The position numbers were made by a program, and so were the translations under genes. 64,000 nt of DNA, from assembly GCA_965153285.1 (NCBI GenBank), contig OZ229111.1, one strand, 5' to 3'. The DNA is from Podarcis tiliguerta. Lineage: Eukaryota. Below are positions 59,301 through 64,000 of this stretch, piece by piece. The notes below the pieces were generated by a model. The model ran no database searches. It saw only the letters and a program-made list of their open reading frames with translations, and was not told the origin of the DNA. The stretch's first letter is position 1. Each line of letters starts with the position of its first letter.

Positions 59301-62300
59301 TAAGAATTGTTATTAAGGAGTAAATCTGAGTACATTACAGTCATCTGAATATGTTGCATAGAGCAAAGTCTAAATGTGTGGTTACCAGAGCTTGGATTAC
59401 TGCGGTTAACCTATCCTAATACAGGAATGACTATAGTTAAATGTTATATAGCCTTGGCTGTCAGCTTATTATAGTTTTTTAAAAACTTATTAAGCTTTTA
59501 CATAAGCTAGCATTTACAAAACAATTTTTGGAACAAAACACTATAGTAGAACTATAGTGCTGAAATCAAGATTTAAAGCCACTGATAAATATCTGCAAAA
59601 CCCAGGTACATCTGGATAATATGCTTGCCCACAACTACTGTAAGTCTCAGAATTTTGGTACATTACCAGTTCTGCTGATTAATCAGAAGACATAATACAA
59701 GCTATACAGTATTCAGACAACATAATCCTACTTAACTGGTTAGAATTTCCAGCTGAAGGACAGAATCTTAATATAGGCATTTACAATCTCTACATGATTG
59801 GGATCTAAGGACCCACCTGGCTCTCTCAGAATACATTTGTACAATGTGTCATGTTTTACACTAGTATACATACATTATTTCTGCTTACAATATGTGCATT
59901 GGTCAAAGAGAAGATAGAACAACATCACCTGTGCAACGATATCTCCATTTTCGGCATGAACTTGAGCTACTGCGCCAAGATCTCCCAAAAAACTAAATAT
60001 CTCATACAACTGAAAAAGAGAAATTAACATGAAAGCCAACATTAGAAAACATGTGGTTCAACATTTTCATGTTTCTGATTAGCAGAGATTTTATTTCTTT
60101 ATTTATTGTTATTTGCACTGGACTTTGAAAGGGCTACCAATTCAGTCAACTACCACTTAAGAATAAAGGAAGAAAAATAGTGAAAACTCAGGAGAAGGAA
60201 CTAGATGTCCACACTAAAGGACTACTGGCTGAAGCCTATAAATCCTAGCTGCACTTATATGTGTTGTTGCCTCTTAATCAGATGTCTTGTGAGACGCTGT
60301 GTAGCCCTCATTTAAAAAAAATGGGGAGGAGTGGTATTTGTATTAGATTGTAGTTGTCACAAATCAATGATGGACATTTTTACTGGTAAGATAATTTCTG
60401 TCCTTGCATTTAGTCCTACATGAGGCCACCAAGAAGTCTCAAAATCACAAATTAAAACACAGTATTAATCCTTTAAAAAGGCTGATAAGCAATGCACACA
60501 GCACAGTTGAACAGCTTAGTTCTTACCTCTGTATTTGACATCTGGTACAAATCCTTATAGGCCATGTAAACCATGAAAGAGTTAACACCTAAAGCAAAAG
60601 ATTATATAAGAAGAAAAGTTGGCAAATAAGATTTTATTCTCTACTTCACATCATTCTAAATCGGTACTCCACTAGTCATGTGAGGAATTACTCACACATA
60701 ATGGAATGGGAATCTTTGGCAAGAGCCAGCAGCAAAGGGAAATTTTCTGTTTATTGTCCTGTTAGTTGATTCTCTGAAACATTGAAGTTATCTAGCTAAA
60801 GCTCTGTTGAATCTTAAATGTAGTCAAAAGCTTAAGAAAAGGGAAAATATTTATTGGGCATGTGGCCACCTTTCGGAGTGCTGCTTATAGAAATCTAACA
60901 AATATGAGAGGAGACTTTCAGGATCACACAGATTTAGTAGCCTGGAAGAAAGCATGCAAAAAGAGATTGAACCAATTGATGCATTGGTATTGCAATACCA
61001 AATAACATCAGTACTATGATTTGCAAGCCATTTTCTACACTAAGATAATTATCACGTAGAATCAAGAGTTACTTATCATACAACTGAGGAACAATTAATA
61101 TCACTCAAAGGAGATAGTAAGAAAACTGTGGTTGGACCCAACAAATCTCAGCACAGAATCATGCACTATATATTCTAACATACAATTAGAATGTGGGAAG
61201 ACAAGGGATTGGCCTCTGGCATTGACAAACCTTTTTCTTTGATGAGTGTTTGCACTTCTTGTTTGACACTGTCATTCCAGTGGGTGATGTCCACATTCAG
61301 GGAGTAGTCACAGCAAGCCTTCCCATCACCCCACTCTCGCCACTTCTCATATGCTTCTATGAGGCTGGACTCGGGCTCAGGAACAACATGATCAACTGTG
61401 AACAAAGGCAGCAAGTTGTAGTAAAGAATGAAGGTCATATGCTTTCCCCTTCTGTCTGGAGATTTCCCGCTAAACAATTACCATATTTAATCTGATCTAA
61501 TGTTCCCCCTTTTTTGGCCAAATTACATTGCGAAAATTAAGGTGGGCATTAGATTTGATAGTACATTTACATTCACCAGCAAATCCTTTTTTTAGTTTTC
61601 AAGGTTCCGAAAACTGAGGTGCGCATTAGATTTGATGGTGCATTAGACTCGAGTAAATACAGTATGTCTTCTGTAGCCCAAAGACTCCTGAACTCCTAAA
61701 AGCCAACTTCATGGATCCTTCAAAAAATATGCTGTTTCCCAGCATTCTACAAGACACAATGTACCACAGAAACCAGCTAAACAGTTTTTCAAAGTCTCAG
61801 TCACTATGCTGTTTGGGGCAATGTTTTCACCACCAAAAGAACAGATGCAGCATTATTTCAATATTTATTTTTGTGATGGAGCACACTGTAAATGGGTATA
61901 GAGGACTACTTAGGCAACAAAGTTAATAGCAAGGAATCCAGGTAAAGAAGAAACAGAGAAGATACTTCAGAGATAGGAATATTTTAGAACTATAAAGAGC
62001 AGTCATTGTCCAGGCATTTTCCACGCAGGAACCTCTACCATGTTTGACAATTTGGGTATAAGCAAGTGAACCAAGAGAGCATGTCTCATCTTACTGCTTG
62101 TAATTTCTCAGATATGTCTAGAGTGCACTTACCAGAAGGAAGAATGAAAAAATAGGGCACTGTGCTTTGGATTAATAGTTCCTGGCATTATACCAGGTGC
62201 TTTTAGCAGGCTTTTGCTAAGAAGTGAGCGGGAAGTAGTAGCAGGTTGCCTCATCTCTTTCCCTCACTACGACTCATTAAAAAAAGAAGGAAGTTTCTTC

Positions 62301-63543
62301 CTAACATGCAGCTTAATTTACCTTTTTATTGCCCCTGACGTAATCCTCAATTTCTACTGCAGTTATTACATGCAACAGACACTGCGGCAGATACTGCAGT
62401 TCTTTCAACACAAAAATGAAGGAGCAGGAAGTAAAACATTTTCAACCAACTGCAGTCACACTTGCAACTTGTCCTATGACTCAATAAGCCAAAAAACCCC
62501 TGCAGAACCATCAAGCTATGAACCAGAACATCCTGAAAACAAGAAGCAAGAATTGCTCTCCCATTTTAGTTTACTTCCTAGGCATGCTGGGAGATTGATT
62601 TGTCTTCTGAGGCATGCTCTACTATTATTATTTTTAAATCACAATTTTGTGGACGTTTATTCTTTGTTAAACTGCTGAAATGCCATTGAATAAAAGATTA
62701 AATCTTGATATTTTAGCAAACAAGACCTTCAACAAAAATCTCACAGTATAATGAAGCTAAGTTGGGTTATTGCATAAATCCTTACACTTCAGTAAGTTTT
62801 TCCAGAAAGTCTGGTTTTTCCATGGAAGCTGTAACACAAACTTCATCTCGCTTTGGAGTCTACTGAAGTTCATTTGCCATAACTACACACTTTCTAGCTC
62901 CAAATTATTTCCATGGAGGAAAAACAAAAATAAATATGCATCACCCATTACATCTGATGACCAATGGAGCTGCAATGAGTAGAGCAGTTTTCAAGCATTT
63001 TAAAACATTTTAAATACTATAGAAATAAACAACTATGAACCAATAATGGCAATTATTGAGCTTCTGAGGCAGCCCTCAATATGTTCTACAGCAAGGATGA
63101 CTGATGTGGTAGATGGTAATGGACCACAACTCTGGCTGGGACTGATGGGAGCATGTAGAAGGACACTCAATGAACTGTACTTTCCACTTGTAAAACGTTC
63201 ACCCTATCTTAAATATAACCAACATTATATCTATACCTAGCACCATATTATGCACCAGAAACAAGTTTTGTAATAATAAAAAATGAAGGTAATGTTTAGA
63301 AGACCCACAAACTGTTGAGGAAGTCACAAAGAGAGCCCCCCTCCACCCTTGTACTTACTGATCATGGTGGTCCCACCCGCCAAGGCTGCTTTTGTCCCTT
63401 GGAAAAAGTCATCCACTGCTGTCATCCCCTTGTATGGCATCTGCAAATGAGTGTTGACATCAATCCCTCCAGGGATAACCATCCTTCCATTGGCTTCTAT
63501 GGTCTTCACTCCGCCAGGGACTATCAAGTTGTCTCCAATTTGC
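47931..63543 (-). CDS. DPYSL3: Dihydropyrimidinase-related protein 3 (CRMP4), partial: last 12 coding exons, complement(join(47931..48019,48626..48788,49853..50032,50876..51046,51997..52138,54301..54457,55568..55688,59194..59262,59929..60009,60527..60588,61231..61395,63359..63543))
   Basis: Spliced length 1585 nt = 1 nt + 527 codons + TAA. All introns are GT-AG with consistent phases. CRMP4-specific sequences: [73 protein letters not shown]. Confidence 0.97.
48626..48788 (-). CDS. DPYSL3: DPYSL3 exon 13 (163 nt): [54 protein letters not shown]
   Basis: gtgacag|ATG...TCG G|gtaagc; contains the GSK3/CDK5 phospho-cluster (T509/T514/S518/S522 equivalents). Confidence 0.95.
48825..49314. mobile_element. 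hAT (Charlie-like) non-autonomous element, 490 bp
   Basis: 15-bp TIRs CAG(C/G)GGTTTTCAACC and a perfect 8-bp TSD TATTAGGC (48817-48824, 49315-49322). Confidence 0.92.
49853..50032 (-). CDS. DPYSL3: DPYSL3 exon 12 (180 nt): [60 protein letters not shown]
   Basis: tgttgtag|GCA...AGG AAG|gtaaga. Confidence 0.96.
50269..50348. repeat. (TG)n(AG)n compound microsatellite
   Basis: Directly visible, inside an L2-like tail. Confidence 0.95.
50876..51046 (-). CDS. DPYSL3: DPYSL3 exon 11 (171 nt): [57 protein letters not shown]
   Basis: ctcaacag|GCT...CAA TCA|gtaagt. Confidence 0.96.
51997..52138 (-). CDS. DPYSL3: DPYSL3 exon 10 (142 nt): [47 protein letters not shown]
   Basis: gagctag|T GGT...GCA GTG|gtaaga; this frame is not in the ORF track. 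Confidence 0.95.
54301..54457 (-). CDS. DPYSL3: DPYSL3 exon 9 (157 nt): [52 protein letters not shown](S)
   Basis: ccatcag|GT AAT...GCC AG|gttggt. Confidence 0.96.
55568..55688 (-). CDS. DPYSL3: DPYSL3 exon 8 (121 nt): [40 protein letters not shown]
   Basis: tgtttcag|CTG...AAA G|gtgagc. Confidence 0.96.
59194..59262 (-). CDS. DPYSL3: DPYSL3 exon 7 (69 nt): [23 protein letters not shown]
   Basis: ttctttag|GAG...GAA GAG|gtaaga. Confidence 0.95.
59929..60009 (-). CDS. DPYSL3: DPYSL3 exon 6 (81 nt): [27 protein letters not shown]
   Basis: tttttcag|TTG...GCA CAG|gtgatg. Confidence 0.95.
60527..60588 (-). CDS. DPYSL3: DPYSL3 exon 5 (62 nt): [21 protein letters not shown]
   Basis: gctttag|GT GTT...ACA GAG|gtaaga. 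Confidence 0.95.
61231..61395 (-). CDS. DPYSL3: DPYSL3 exon 4 (165 nt): [55 protein letters not shown]
   Basis: ttcacag|TT GAT...AAA G|gtttgt. Confidence 0.95.
61481..61662. mobile_element. Tc1/mariner-type MITE
   Basis: TA-CCATATTTAATCTGATCTAATG...CATTAGACTCGAGTAAATACAG-TA, with internal repeats of GCATTAGATTTGAT. Confidence 0.7.
63359..63543 (-). CDS. DPYSL3: DPYSL3 exon 3 (185 nt): [61 protein letters not shown]
   Basis: taatcag|G CAA...ATC A|gtaagt (minus strand). Confidence 0.96.
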
Positions 63544-64000
63544 CTGATTAAATAATAACAAACCAGTCTGATAAACACGTTTACAATGACAAATGTCGAG
63601 TGCAATTTATTCCACAATAAGACAGTTCTTTCATCCACCATAACTGATCAGCAAACCAGCATATTTAGTACAGATTTCTCTTATACATTTTAGTTACTTT
63701 AGGCTGTAAAGTAAAGTATTACAATAATGGAGCAAATATATGTTTTTTATACTCCTTTTGCAAAAGAGTTAGGATTTGAGTGAATTTCATCAAACATTTC
63801 TTTATTTGACCTGCCTATTAGAAGAGTACATATTTAAGAAGCCAAATACCTGAACTCAATACATTATTATACTAATGCCAGAAGAACCACACATTGATAG
63901 AAACCCAAAAATGGAAAACCAGGACTCTACCTAACAGCTGCAAAGAGGTAGGAAGACTATGTGACTGGCACTTGTGGGCAAGAAGAGGATGCTCAGCCCT

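Overview
Vertebrate genomic DNA from a squamate reptile, probably a lacertid lizard (Sauria SINE, Bov-B and squamate MITEs are present). It holds two convergent, intron-rich, partial genes. STK32A is on the + strand: its last 9 coding exons span 3270-39246 and give 309 codons plus stop after a split Trp codon, with HRDIKPDN, DFN, APE and a C-terminal QNNNL. DPYSL3/CRMP4 is on the - strand: its last 12 coding exons span 63543-47931 and give 527 codons plus stop. All exons were reconstructed by hand with GT-AG boundaries and consistent phases. The 5' exons of both genes lie outside the window. The rest is intronic or intergenic DNA with SINEs, LINE fragments (CR1, Bov-B, L2, L1), hAT and Tc1/mariner MITEs, a decayed DIRS tyrosine-recombinase fragment and microsatellites. 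I found no new protein-coding system, and most short ORFs in the track are noise. The most unusual signals are in RNA processing: two DPYSL3 exons with exactly duplicated 5' splice sites (one in-frame, one predicted NMD-triggering), a hAT MITE whose target-site duplication contains a likely branch point, a poly(A) signal > CTCF < poly(A) signal arrangement between the two genes, G-quadruplex motifs in the DPYSL3 3' UTR, and a 37-bp-arm hairpin in an STK32A intron. Comparisons with human proteins and repeat families are from memory, not from database searches.
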